Assembly: GCA_965277805.1 (NCBI GenBank)
Contig: OZ255842.1
Span: forward strand, 1,408,001-1,472,000
Source of the DNA: Candidatus Lustribacter sp.
GTDB taxonomy: Bacteria > Vulcanimicrobiota > Vulcanimicrobiia > Vulcanimicrobiales > Vulcanimicrobiaceae
Length of the DNA: 64,000 nt
Direction of reading: 5' to 3'
Positions within the stretch are counted from its first letter, which is position 1; each line of letters begins with the position of its first letter. Both the position numbers and the translations under genes were made by a program. Below, in pieces: positions 47,252 to 57,512 of the stretch. The notes beneath the pieces were generated by a model that made no database searches, was not told the origin of the DNA, and saw nothing but the letters and a program-made list of their open reading frames with translations.

Positions 47252-49838
47252 ATGAACGGACTCGGATCGCTGCAGAAAGCTGGGTTGCCAATGATCGTGG
47301 GCAGAAATTGGAGGGCCATCGCGAGCATGATCGCTGTGCTCATCATGGTACCGGCTGCGGCGTCGGCCGACCCCACGCTGACCAAGCCGATATACAAGAA
47401 AATCGTCGTCACGCCGCCGGCGAAAAACGTCATTTGCCTTGACTTCAAGGTTGCGCCGAACGAGGGACTTCCCCCCGACGCTCAAGGGAGGCTGCTCCCT
47501 TGCGGGCGCGACGGCGGTGCACTTCGGCACCGCGGCGGCAGCGTTCAGGGTGCAGTCAGACGGCTCGATCGCAGCGACGCCTCCGGCACTTCCCGCCGGC
47601 AGCAGCGTCCCCGTCACCGTGACGCTACCGGGTGGGCAAATCATCGGCGGGGCAAGCACGCTCTATTCTTATCCGATCGCGGAGATGGATATGGAAGGCC
47701 CGTATTCGTTTCCGCTTGGGGAAGATACCAACTCGTATAACTGGTGGCTCGGTACCGACAGTCACTTTCTGCGCGAGAGCCAACCCGCAACGCTATCGTA
47801 TATAACACTCGGACCGACGCTATATGTCGGCGCGTATTTTAGCAATACGATCTACACCGAGTCGACTCAAGCCCCTTACGTTCTTGGAAATACCGGACTG
47901 TTTACTGCGAAGCTCCAGGTATGCACGGCTTCGAGCCCGTCCGGGGTTCCCGGCCTACCCGGGTTTCTGCCGACACCTGCGCCCGGCGACCCATGCACCA
48001 ATTGGGACAAGACGCCGGGTTATTGGAAAGACGTCACCAGTGCATCGGCATCGGTTCATGCGCCGAACGGAACCCAAACCGCTTCCCAATCGACGATCCC
48101 GCTTTCGACGTCGGGTCTCTTTGTCTCCGGAGACCCGTCGACGATGCAACTGGCGCGGACGTTGCGCATCATCTACGATTATCGTGAAAGCGATGACGAT
48201 CAGCAATTTGCCACGCGGGTCGGACTTGCACGTTTCGATGAGAAAAAGGGCCGACCGTTCAACGCCGTCATCGCGCCGACGGCGTTGTATCAGATGAAGG
48301 CAATCCCGTACACCATTGTCTACCAGCCGCCGGGCGATCAAAGCACGGTATCGTTTGCCGCTGCGACCACCTACGGAACGACGTATACGCTCGGAGCGAG
48401 TACCGAGAACGATACCTCCTCCACCGCCGAGCAGAATGAGACGACGAAGTTCAGCGAATCGTATGCCTTTGGATTGACGGCGGGATTCGGCGATACGAGC
48501 GTCTGGGATCAGACGGTAAAGCAAGGCTTCGGTGCAACGAACGGTACGACCGGCGTGGGCACGGGGTCAACGGCGTTCAGCTTTACTTGGCAGATCCCGG
48601 CGGCGCCCAGCCTTACGCCGGGCACCGGCGCCGTATGTGCGACGCTGACGAGCTGCGGTTCGCAAATCAGCCCGCCCAATGCCTACGCCGCCGAGCCGTT
48701 TTGGCTTGATACGTTCGTCTTGCTCATCCATCCGCAATATGCGTACTGGCAGCTTGCGGCCGGGAATCAGAACTATGTTCTCTACGGTGCCGTCCCCGTG
48801 ACCGCGGACGTCACGGTTGCGGAACTCGACGCATGCGCGCGCGGACAAATGTGGTTTCAACTGAATCCCTGCCAGGTCGAGTATTCCGACAGCGACATAA
48901 CGGCGGCTAACGGTCAGCCGATTTCGTACGCCGGCGTGACGCGGACGTTGACGCTGACGGCCTCGGAAGCCGCTCATCTCTTAGCCCTCGATCCCTTTTA
49001 CGCTCAGGGCCAAAATGCAAACATCCTCACGAGTCGAGCGACGCCGATTGCAAGCGCCAGTTACGGTGCAAGTATCGGCGCGCCCGCCCGTCCCTATGTG
49101 ACCAACCTTACAAATTCCGCTTCGAACCAGCAGACGGGCTCGACTAATTTGCAATACTCGTCGAGCGTGACGACCGTCGTCAGCGACGATCCGAACATGA
49201 CGGGTGGGGCGACGAGCAGCGGTTCGGGCGGGCCGGTGACTTACACCACCACCCTCGCTTACGACGACCTCACCAAGAACACGAATGAGACGGATCTAAA
49301 AACGACATTCAGCAACTCGACCGCCGTTTCAAATCAGCGTGTAACCACGGCAAACGTCGTTCTCAACGACATCGACGACACGAGCACGACGTGCAAAACG
49401 TGTCACAACCCGTTAGCGCACCAGCCGTCGGTGAACATCTATTTCGATCGGGTCTTTGGGACGTTCATGTTTCAAGATCCGGGCGCCGTTCGGTCGACGG
49501 TGTTCACGAAGCCGCTATGCTGTGATGTTCTGCTGCGGGGTCTTCTCGCTCACGAAGCACATCTGCGGCGGTTCAGCGACGTCCCGGCGGGCGACCCCAA
49601 TGCCGCTGTCCTGGGCTTGATGGCCCGAGCCGGACTCATACCGGCCGTGTCGGCGGGCAAGTTTGCGCCCCAAAGCGCCGTGAGCGCGACCCAAGTGTCG
49701 CAAGCGGTTGCCCGGGCGCGGTCGCATGCCGGCCGCCTTGCGGTGCAGCCCTCGGTCACGCTCAAACCCGGTACAACCGAGACGCGAGAACAAGCCGCGG
49801 TGGCGCTCTTCAAATCACTGACGACGCCGCCGCGCTAA
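47252..49838 (+). pseudogene. Large secreted surface protein (signal peptide, IPT/TIG domain, Ser/Thr-rich beta region, C-terminal SLH) split by a frameshift near 47471-47476
   Basis: Signal peptide in frame 47084-47740 (...VPAAASA-DP). IPT-like GATAVHFGTAAAAFRVQSDGSIAATPP and SLH-like FSDVP...AGLI...GKFAPQSAVS lie in frame 47439-49838. Confidence 0.65.
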
Positions 49839-49865
49839 GGACGCCTTGATGCTAACGTTGGCGTA

Positions 49866-52800
49866 TCAACTGCACCCCGATGTGGACCCACACGAGTCGC
49901 ACTTGAGGCACGTGCCGTTGCGGACGAGTGCGAACTGGCCGCACGTTCCGCAGGCGTCGCCGCTGTAACCCTTCGCTAGCGCTTCGCGCACGCGTTCGGC
50001 GATCGGTTGGGCCGTGCCGCGTTGCACCGGAGCGGGAGAAGAAGCCGCAGCGACGCCGGCCATGACCGGAGCGGGAACGGGTGCTTGCACGGGCGCCGGT
50101 TTGGGCAGCGCGGCAGCTGTGGACGGACGCGTCGGTTCGACCGTGCGGTAGGTGGTGCCGCCGTCTTCTTCTCCGGTGTATTCCGGGTCGGGGCCCATCG
50201 CGTCGATCTGTTGCGACGGCTGCACTTGCGCGAGATCGTAGCGGCCGAGATAGCTCACGGCGAGTTCGCGGAAGATGTAGTCGAGGATCGACGTCGCCAT
50301 CTTGATGTTCTCGTGACCTTGCACGGGACCGTTCGGCTCGAAGCGCGTGAACGTGAACGCGTCCACGTATTCTTCGAGCGGAACGCCGTGTTGTAGTCCG
50401 AGCGAGACCGCGATGGCGAAGTTGTTCATCAAGGAGCGGAACGCCGCGCCTTCTTTGTGCATGTCGACGAAGATCTCGCCGATCGTGCCGTCATCGTATT
50501 CACCGGTGCGCACGTAGACTTTGTGCCCGCCGACGACCGCTTTCTGCGTGTAGCCGCCGCGGCGATCCGGCATGCGCCGGCGCTTGGCGATGTAGCGGTA
50601 GACGATCTTCTCGGCGATCTGCACGGGGGTCGTGTAGGCCGCCGTCGGCATGTCGGCTTCCTCGTCGGGCGAGCCGATGTCGTACGATGCAGCCAACGGC
50701 TGCGAGAGCTTCGAACCGTCGCGATAGAGGGCGACGGCTTTGGTCATGCGCTCCCACGAGTAGCGGTAAGCTTCCTTGACGTCGCTGATCGTGGCATCTT
50801 GCGGCAGGTTGATCGTCTTGGAGATCGCGCCGCTGATGAACGGCTGGGCCGCTGCCAGCATGTCGATGTGCGCAAGCGGGCGGATGTAACGCGAACCGTG
50901 CTTGCCGCAGGGCGTCGCGCAATCGAAGATCGCGAGGTGCTCGTCCTTGAGGAATGGCGCGCCTTCGAGCGTCATCCGGCCGCAGATCACATCCGAGGCT
51001 TCGTCGATCTGCTGGCCCGTAAATCCGAGCACGTCGCGCAGGATCGAGATGTTCCAGTCGGCGAGCTGCTCCGGGGTCATGCCGAGTTTGGTCGTGCAGA
51101 ACTCATCGCCCAGCACGAAGTGGTTGAAGACGAAACCGATCTCGAAGGCGCCGAGCAGCTGCGTTTCGATCTTCGCGAGCGTCTCGTCGTCGAAGCCCTT
51201 TGCTTTGAGCGTCGCACGGTTGATGTGCGGCGCGCCCTCGAGTGTGTTGGTGCCCTTGGCGAACGTCTCGATCGCGGCGATTTGCTCGTTGCTGTAGCCG
51301 AGACGGCGGAGTGCCGGCTCAACCGATTGATTGACGATCTTGAAGTAGCCGCCGCCGGCGAGCTTCTTGAACTTCACAAGCGCGAAGTCGGGCTCGATGC
51401 CGGTGGTGTCGCAGTCCATCACGAGACCGATCGTGCCGGTCGGCGCGATGACGGTAACTTGTGCATTGCGGTAGCCCGCGACCTCGCCGATGGCGAGCGC
51501 GTTGTCCCACATGACACGTGCCAGGGCCCACGTCTCCTGCGTGAAGAGCGAGGGTGCATGCGTTACCGGAGTGATCGTAAGGCCTTCGTATTCGTTCTTC
51601 GGTACCGCGTAGGCGGCGCGACGATGATTGCGCAGCACGCGCTCCATTGCTTCACCGTTATGCGAGTACCGCGGGAACGAGCCAAGTTCGCGCGCCATTT
51701 CCGCCGACGTCTTGTACGCCGTAGCGGTCATGAGCGACGTGATGGCCGCGCACCAGCCGAAGCCTTCTTCGGAATCGTACGGCAAACCAATGCGCATCAG
51801 CATCGTGCCGAGGTTCGCATACCCGAGTCCGAGCGTGCGGTAGTCGTACGACCGCTGCGCGATTTCTTTCGACGGGAACTGTGCCATCGTGACGCTGATC
51901 TCGAGCGTCGTCGTCCACACGCGGCAAGCATCCGCGAAGCGTTTGGCTTCAAAATGTCCCGACGCATCGAGGAAATTTACCAGGTTGAGAGACGCCAAGT
52001 TGCAGGCAGTGTCATCGAGGAAGAGATACTCCGAACAATTGTGTACCACTACACCATTTGCGACAAAGTGCGCGGTGTCAGGTTCGGTAAGATCAAAGAC
52101 GTTCTCAATGCCGCGATATTGCAGAGCTGCGAAGCGATCGGTCATCTTGTCGGCATAGACTCCGACGCTTGCGTTTAGTGCAGCGAGCTTCTGAGCTTTC
52201 GCCGAGGCCGGATGGAAGCCGATCTCCTGTTCAAAACGAACGCGCGACGAGCGCGAGATTCGCAGTGAATGCATTTCCTGGACCGGATAAAGTTTTAACC
52301 CACCTTTTCCGTCAGGGCATATCGAGGCGGAGATCCCGCCACGACGATTCTCGTACAGTTTCGCTTTGATACCGAATCCAAGCAGCAATGTCTGTACTTG
52401 GAGCAGCAATTCAAGAGAAGACGAATCCAGCGCCACGTATTGCGTCTTGTCGCCGTAGTGCCCGACGCAGCCGTCGGCGGTGAAGAGGCCGCTTAGCATA
52501 GACGCAATCGCAGCCTTGTCTAGCGAAAATGCTTCTTGGCGAAGTGCCTTCTTGGAGCTGCCTTCGTTGAGAACTGCGAGACGATCGAACGTCTCAATGA
52601 TCGAGCGATTCGATAGCGCAATGCGTGAACCGCCTTTGCTGGGCGCAGTAACGGTCGTGGTGCGGGCACCGCGACCATCGATGGCCGTCCGTGACTTTTC
52701 TGCGTTAAGCGAATTCGCGACATCGTCGAGTATCGCAGACTCATCTGCGCTCATTGTTAGGATGAGGCCACGCTCTGGGCCGAATCCGGATGCATTATTT

Positions 52801-54545
52801 GTGATGCACCCGTCGCCAATGGCAACACCGACCGCGAAAGCGATGCCCTTTTCGAGGTGCTTTGACCCGAAGCCCGAGCCTTGCAGAACTATTTCGTCGT
52901 CCGCAGTAAGGTCGCGCGCTGCAACGTCGCCGCGGTTTGACGTGAAGACCTTATGGTCAGCCGTCACGTTCAGGCGATAGCCCGAGCGGGTGCGAAGCTC
53001 GTACGTTTCTTTTTTGCCAGTCGGAAAGATACGTGAGACGAAATGCGGCTTGCCATCGCCTCCGATAACAAAGGCCGACTTGCCGACGAGATCTTCTATG
53101 CGCTGCATGCCGTCGGCAGTGGCCACCAGCGTATCGCCCGTGACGCACGGGTTACTTGCGTTAATGCGACCATCGCTCGGGCATGTATGCCATTCGTTGA
53201 TCGTCGTATCGAATTGCAGGCCCGGATCGGCGACTTGCCATGCGGCGAGTGCGATTTGTTCCCAGAGATCTGCAGTCGGGATGGATTTCGCAACGCGTCC
53301 GTCGGTACGGCGCGTCGTATCCCAATTCTGACCCGCGTCAAGACGTGCGAAAAATTCGTTCGGGATGCGCACGGAGTTGTTCGAATTCTGACCCGACACC
53401 GTGCCGTACGCCTTGGAGTCCCAATTCGTATCGTAGGTCTCGATCATCAGCTCTTTGTAGCCCTGACGCGCAAAATCGAGCGCGTACTGAATGCTGCCCG
53501 GAGGCACACCCATGTTCATCGCCTGACGCATCGCGGTCTTCAGCGCTGGGTTGAGAGCGGGATCGAGGCGAGCGGCTTCTGGCACGGCTTCGTTGTGCGC
53601 CGCCTTCATGATCAGGTTGAGATACTTTTCGCTAACGATCGAACCGGTAACGAGGTCGGCGACTTTCTGCTCTTCCTTAACTTTCCAGCCAACGAATTCT
53701 TCGATGTCGGGATGATCGAGATCGAGCACGACCATCTTGGCTGCACGTCGCGTCGTTCCACCGGACTTGATCGCTCCGGCAGCACGATCGCCCACGCGCA
53801 AGAACGACATCAATCCGGAGCTCGTGCCGCCACCGGAGAGCTTCTCGCCCTCGCCGCGCAGCATCGAGAAATTGGAACCCGTGCCGCTGCCGTACTTGAA
53901 GATGCGCGCTTCACGAACCCACAGGTCCATAATGCCGCCTTCATTCACCAAATCATCGCTTACTGACTGGATAAAGCAAGCATGGGGAGCCGGGTGCTCG
54001 TATGCGCTCGTTGCGACGGTGAGTTCGCCGGTTTTGGGGTCGACAAAATGGTGGCCTTGCGCCGGGCCCGCAATCCCGTACGCCCAGTGCAGCCCCGTGT
54101 TGAACCACTGCGGTGAGTTGGGCGCGCCGATCTGGCGGGCCAGCATCGCGCACATCTCGTCGTAATACGCCCGCGCGTCGCCCTCGGTATCGAAGTAGCC
54201 GTACTTGTAGCCCCAATAGGTCCACGTGCCGGCGAGCCGGTGGAAGACCTGACGGGCATCCGTTTCGGGCCCGAAGGTCGCATCGTCGGCCGGCTCGGAG
54301 CGCCAGAGCCACTGCGGAATATCCGGTTCCTCGACGCCCTTGAGGGCGCTGGGCACGCCGGCTTTCCGGAAATACTTCTGAGCGATGATATCGGTCGCGA
54401 CCTGACTCCAGCCGGCCGGGATCTGGATATCCTTGGCTTCGAATATCATCGACCCGTTGGGGTTGACGATTCGCGAGGTACGCGGCTCAAACGTTACGCC
54501 GGCGTAGGGTTCACCGGGAGCCGAATAGGTACGGGAGAATTTCAT
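49866..54545 (-). CDS. nrdJ: Class II (adenosylcobalamin-dependent) ribonucleotide reductase, intein-containing
   Basis: [58 protein letters not shown]-terminal CGTC..CDSCG. Confidence 0.96.
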   Translation of the reverse strand: MKFSRTYSAPGEPYAGVTFEPRTSRIVNPNGSMIFEAKDIQIPAGWSQVATDIIAQKYFRKAGVPSALKGVEEPDIPQWLWRSEPADDATFGPETDARQVFHRLAGTWTYWGYKYGYFDTEGDARAYYDEMCAMLARQIGAPNSPQWFNTGLHWAYGIAGPAQGHHFVDPKTGELTVATSAYEHPAPHACFIQSVSDDLVNEGGIMDLWVREARIFKYGSGTGSNFSMLRGEGEKLSGGGTSSGLMSFLRVGDRAAGAIKSGGTTRRAAKMVVLDLDHPDIEEFVGWKVKEEQKVADLVTGSIVSEKYLNLIMKAAHNEAVPEAARLDPALNPALKTAMRQAMNMGVPPGSIQYALDFARQGYKELMIETYDTNWDSKAYGTVSGQNSNNSVRIPNEFFARLDAGQNWDTTRRTDGRVAKSIPTADLWEQIALAAWQVADPGLQFDTTINEWHTCPSDGRINASNPCVTGDTLVATADGMQRIEDLVGKSAFVIGGDGKPHFVSRIFPTGKKETYELRTRSGYRLNVTADHKVFTSNRGDVAARDLTADDEIVLQGSGFGSKHLEKGIAFAVGVAIGDGCITNNASGFGPERGLILTMSADESAILDDVANSLNAEKSRTAIDGRGARTTTVTAPSKGGSRIALSNRSIIETFDRLAVLNEGSSKKALRQEAFSLDKAAIASMLSGLFTADGCVGHYGDKTQYVALDSSSLELLLQVQTLLLGFGIKAKLYENRRGGISASICPDGKGGLKLYPVQEMHSLRISRSSRVRFEQEIGFHPASAKAQKLAALNASVGVYADKMTDRFAALQYRGIENVFDLTEPDTAHFVANGVVVHNCSEYLFLDDTACNLASLNLVNFLDASGHFEAKRFADACRVWTTTLEISVTMAQFPSKEIAQRSYDYRTLGLGYANLGTMLMRIGLPYDSEEGFGWCAAITSLMTATAYKTSAEMARELGSFPRYSHNGEAMERVLRNHRRAAYAVPKNEYEGLTITPVTHAPSLFTQETWALARVMWDNALAIGEVAGYRNAQVTVIAPTGTIGLVMDCDTTGIEPDFALVKFKKLAGGGYFKIVNQSVEPALRRLGYSNEQIAAIETFAKGTNTLEGAPHINRATLKAKGFDDETLAKIETQLLGAFEIGFVFNHFVLGDEFCTTKLGMTPEQLADWNISILRDVLGFTGQQIDEASDVICGRMTLEGAPFLKDEHLAIFDCATPCGKHGSRYIRPLAHIDMLAAAQPFISGAISKTINLPQDATISDVKEAYRYSWERMTKAVALYRDGSKLSQPLAASYDIGSPDEEADMPTAAYTTPVQIAEKIVYRYIAKRRRMPDRRGGYTQKAVVGGHKVYVRTGEYDDGTIGEIFVDMHKEGAAFRSLMNNFAIAVSLGLQHGVPLEEYVDAFTFTRFEPNGPVQGHENIKMATSILDYIFRELAVSYLGRYDLAQVQPSQQIDAMGPDPEYTGEEDGGTTYRTVEPTRPSTAAALPKPAPVQAPVPAPVMAGVAAASSPAPVQRGTAQPIAERVREALAKGYSGDACGTCGQFALVRNGTCLKCDSCGSTSGCS
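52038..53147 (-). mobile_element. Intein (370 aa) with LAGLIDADG homing endonuclease, inserted immediately before the catalytic Cys of NPCSE
   Basis: Begins CVTGDTLV; block B VTADHKV; LAGLIDADG-like GVAIGDGC and [10 protein letters not shown]; ends [18 protein letters not shown] followed by Cys. Confidence 0.95.
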
Positions 54546-54602
54546 GCGGGGCGGTCCTCGTCGAGCGTCATGCAGGTGGCAAAAAACAGGGAAGACCAGT
54601 AT

Positions 54603-54616
54603 CGAACAAGTGTTCG
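54603..54616. promoter_or_regulatory. LexA (SOS/Cheo) box CGAAC-AAGT-GTTCG
   Basis: Exact match to the Gram-positive-type CGAAC-N4-GTTCG palindrome, about 60 bp upstream of the nrdJ start. Confidence 0.8.
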
Positions 54617-54654
54617 ATTCAAGTCAAGACCTAAGTCTTACGAAAACCAGGCGG

Positions 54655-54703
54655 GCACAACATATTGTGTATGGCCGGGCAGACCACCTACTAGATATAC
54701 AAC
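54655..54703. promoter_or_regulatory. NrdR box(es)
   Basis: GCACAACATATTGTGT (54655-54670) fits acaCwAtATaTwGtgt; weaker second copy CTACTAGATATACAAC (54688-54703); upstream of an RNR gene. Confidence 0.75.
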
Positions 54704-54824
54704 CCGGTTCCTTGTGGACCGGTGGCGCACAACTGCACTTTCTTGTTCATGAAACGGCCTGTGCAGCGAATGCCAAGGCGGGCGGAGTGGGCGGGGTGTG
54801 GACGGAACCGGGGATAGCGTGGAT

Positions 54825-55340
54825 ATGCTGCGCCCGGACGGCCATGTGGCGGCCCTCGGCGACATCGCGATCGAGCGCCTCTGGGAGCGCGGCTGGCGCG
54901 GGATCGTGCTCGATCTAGACAACACGTGCTGTGCATACCATCAACCCGAACTAGCCGACGGAGTGGGCGCCTGGGTTGCCGCCGCGCTCGAGCGCGGCTT
55001 CCGGATCGTCATGGTCTCCAACAACTTCAGCGAACGCGTCGGCGCCGCGGGCCTCAAGCTCGGAGTCGCGACGGTCCCCAACGCCCTCAAGCCGCTGCCG
55101 TTCGGCTTCTTGCGCGCGCTGCGGCTGCTGGGGACGCGCCGCCGGGAAACCGTGGTGATCGGCGATCAGGTGTTCACCGACGTGCTCGGCGCAAAGCTGC
55201 TCGGGCTGCACACCGTGCTGACGGAGCCGATCGTACCGCACGACTTCCCGCTCACGCGCGGTCTGCGGTTTCTCGAACGGCTCGTCTACAAGCGGACGCC
55301 GCCGGTTGCCGGGCGCGCCATCTTCGAGTCGGAGGACTGA
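54825..55340 (+). CDS. yqeG: YqeG family HAD subfamily IIIA phosphatase
   Basis: VLDLDNT, VSNN, ALKP, IGDQVFTDVLGA. Confidence 0.85.
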   Translation: MLRPDGHVAALGDIAIERLWERGWRGIVLDLDNTCCAYHQPELADGVGAWVAAALERGFRIVMVSNNFSERVGAAGLKLGVATVPNALKPLPFGFLRALRLLGTRRRETVVIGDQVFTDVLGAKLLGLHTVLTEPIVPHDFPLTRGLRFLERLVYKRTPPVAGRAIFESED

Positions 55341-55342
55341 AC

Positions 55343-55636
55343 GTGGCCGACATTCCGAAGCTCTACGTGTGTCATGCCGATGACGCCGGTCCGAAGCTGC
55401 ACCCGTGCCGGCGCGCGCATGAAGCACTGCGCGATGCAAATGTCGAATACACCACCGTCATCGGCGGCCACGGCAGCCCGTTCCCGTGTTGGCGCGGGAA
55501 CCGGGACGAGATGTTCGGCGAACTCGGGACGCGGGAACTGCCGACGTTGAAGCTTCCCGACGGCACGCTGCTGATCAACCCGAGCGCGATCATCAAGTGG
55601 GCCCGTCAGCAGAAAGCGGCGAAGATCAGCGCGTGA
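55343..55636 (+). CDS. Small thioredoxin-fold (glutaredoxin/GST N-terminal-like) protein
   Basis: HPCRRAHEAL...ELPTLKLPDGT...SAIIKWA; GGAGG upstream of GTG. Confidence 0.65.
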   Translation: MADIPKLYVCHADDAGPKLHPCRRAHEALRDANVEYTTVIGGHGSPFPCWRGNRDEMFGELGTRELPTLKLPDGTLLINPSAIIKWARQQKAAKISA

Positions 55637-57087
55637 AGACGTACGAGCCGCCGCAACCGGCGGCGCACGACAGCGGCACGCCGGCCGAATTGCTGACGTT
55701 CATGACCCAGTTGTGGGAAGTGCCCAGCGGGCCGATTCCCACGCTGGCCGGCCGCGAACGTTTCGCCGCTCGCCGCCGCGCGATCGCGCAGCAGTTTCCG
55801 AACGATGTGCTGGTCATACCGACGGGCCACGAAAAAGTCCGCGCCAACGACACGAACTACCGCTTCCGGCCGGGCACCGACTTCTATTATCTGACCGGCA
55901 TTCACGAACCGGACGCCGTGCTCGTGCTCCTGACCGACGGCGATGAAGCGCGCGCGGTCGTCTTCACCGAACCGAATCCCGGCAAGACGAACGCGACGTT
56001 TTTCACCGATCGCGTCAAGGGTGAGCTGTGGGTCGGACCGCGGCTCGGCGTCGCGGCGACGGCCGCGCGCTTCGGCGTGGAAGCGCAGCCGATCGACGAC
56101 CTCGCGACGTTCGTCAACGTCTCGTTCGGCGCGCGGCCGACGCGGCTCGTGCGCGGGCTCGACGACGACATCGCGCGCTCGATCTACTCCAATCTCGACG
56201 ACGACAACGCATTCTCCGCAGCGCTCTCGGAAATGCGGCTGATCAAGGACGATCTCGAAGTCGCCGAATTGCGCGCCGCGATCGCCGCGACCAAACGCGG
56301 CTTCGATGACGTGGTGCGCGCCTTGCCCAACGCGCTCACCGAACGGGTCGTGGAAGGCGTGTTCAACCTGCGCGCGCGCGTCGAAGGCAACGACGTCGGT
56401 TACTCCACGATCGCGGCCTCCGGTCCGGACGCCTGCATCCTGCACTGGGTGCGCAACGACCGCCGCATCGGCGCGGGCGATCTGCTGCTGCTCGATGCGG
56501 GCGTCGAGGCGGTCTCGCTCTACACGGCGGACGTCACCCGCACGCTGCCGGTCAGCGGATCCTTCAGCACCGAGCAGCGCGAGATCTACACGCTAGTCTG
56601 GGAAGCCCAGCGCGCCGCGTTCGAGGCGTGCAAGCCGGGCAATGATTTCCTCGAGCCCAACGCCGCGGCGATGCGCGTGCTGGCACAGGGGCTCGAGCGG
56701 CTCGGCATCCTGCCCTCAGCAGAAGAAGCGCTGCGCGACGACAAGCTCTTCTATAAACGTTACTCGCTGCACAACGTGAGCCACATGCTCGGGCTCGACG
56801 TCCACGATTGCGCGAAGGCGCGCGCCGAGACATACAAGTTCGGCCGGCTCGAGCCGGGGATGGTGCTCACGGTTGAACCCGGGCTCTACTTCCAGCTCGA
56901 CGACCTGACCGTGCCCGAGCGCTACCGCGGGATCGGCGTGCGGATCGAGGACGACGTCGTGATCACCGCCGACGGCTACGAGAACCTCTCGGCCGCCGTG
57001 CCGAGCGAGCCCGACGCCGTCGAGGCCTGGGTCCGGTCGCTGGCCGGGACCACACCCGAGCCCTGGGTCATCCCGGAGCCCGCATGA
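55633..57087 (+). CDS. pepP: Xaa-Pro aminopeptidase (aminopeptidase P)
   Basis: RANDTNYRFRP.TDFYYLTG; full M24 ligand set LDAG..YTADVTRT, HMLGLDVHD, TVEPG, RIEDD. Confidence 0.92.
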   Translation: MKTYEPPQPAAHDSGTPAELLTFMTQLWEVPSGPIPTLAGRERFAARRRAIAQQFPNDVLVIPTGHEKVRANDTNYRFRPGTDFYYLTGIHEPDAVLVLLTDGDEARAVVFTEPNPGKTNATFFTDRVKGELWVGPRLGVAATAARFGVEAQPIDDLATFVNVSFGARPTRLVRGLDDDIARSIYSNLDDDNAFSAALSEMRLIKDDLEVAELRAAIAATKRGFDDVVRALPNALTERVVEGVFNLRARVEGNDVGYSTIAASGPDACILHWVRNDRRIGAGDLLLLDAGVEAVSLYTADVTRTLPVSGSFSTEQREIYTLVWEAQRAAFEACKPGNDFLEPNAAAMRVLAQGLERLGILPSAEEALRDDKLFYKRYSLHNVSHMLGLDVHDCAKARAETYKFGRLEPGMVLTVEPGLYFQLDDLTVPERYRGIGVRIEDDVVITADGYENLSAAVPSEPDAVEAWVRSLAGTTPEPWVIPEPA

Positions 57088-57263
57088 ACGCCGCGGAAGA
57101 AAAATTCCGGCGGCTGCAAACCTTGGGCACCGGCCTTGGTTAGGTATCGCGTGAAGTTAGATTCTTTGGTGCAATCATAGCGCGCCCGGCGAGACGGCCG
57201 GCCAAGCGCCGCAAACCTGCCGCGCAGCGGGTCGAACGGGTAGACGAGTCGGCGAAGCAGCCG

Positions 57264-57503
57264 ATGATCGAGATGTTCGGCACGATCAAGCAGGTCTATC
57301 CGAGCACGACGTTCGGCGTTGAGCTCGAGAACGGCCATGAAGTGCTGGCACACATCGCCGGCCGCCTGCGCCGCCATCACATCAAACTGCTCTTGGGCGA
57401 CCGGGTCGAACTCGAGATCTCGCCGTACGACCTGACGAAGGGCCGCATCATCTACCGTTATCGTGCGGGTGAAGCGCGCCGTTCGAGCGCCGCCCCAGCA
57501 TAA
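57264..57503 (+). CDS. infA: Translation initiation factor IF-1 (true start probably upstream, near 57174-57177)
   Basis: VELENGHEVLAHIAG...GDRVELEISPYDLTKGRIIYR. Confidence 0.92.
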   Translation: MIEMFGTIKQVYPSTTFGVELENGHEVLAHIAGRLRRHHIKLLLGDRVELEISPYDLTKGRIIYRYRAGEARRSSAAPA

Positions 57504-57512
57504 CGCTCCACC

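Noticed and set aside
54546-54820. Cobalamin riboswitch ahead of B12-dependent nrdJ
   Set aside because: No B12-box recognised; the space is occupied by LexA and NrdR sites.
57090-57114. Hairpin after pepP as an intrinsic terminator
   Set aside because: Imperfect stem with no following U-tract.
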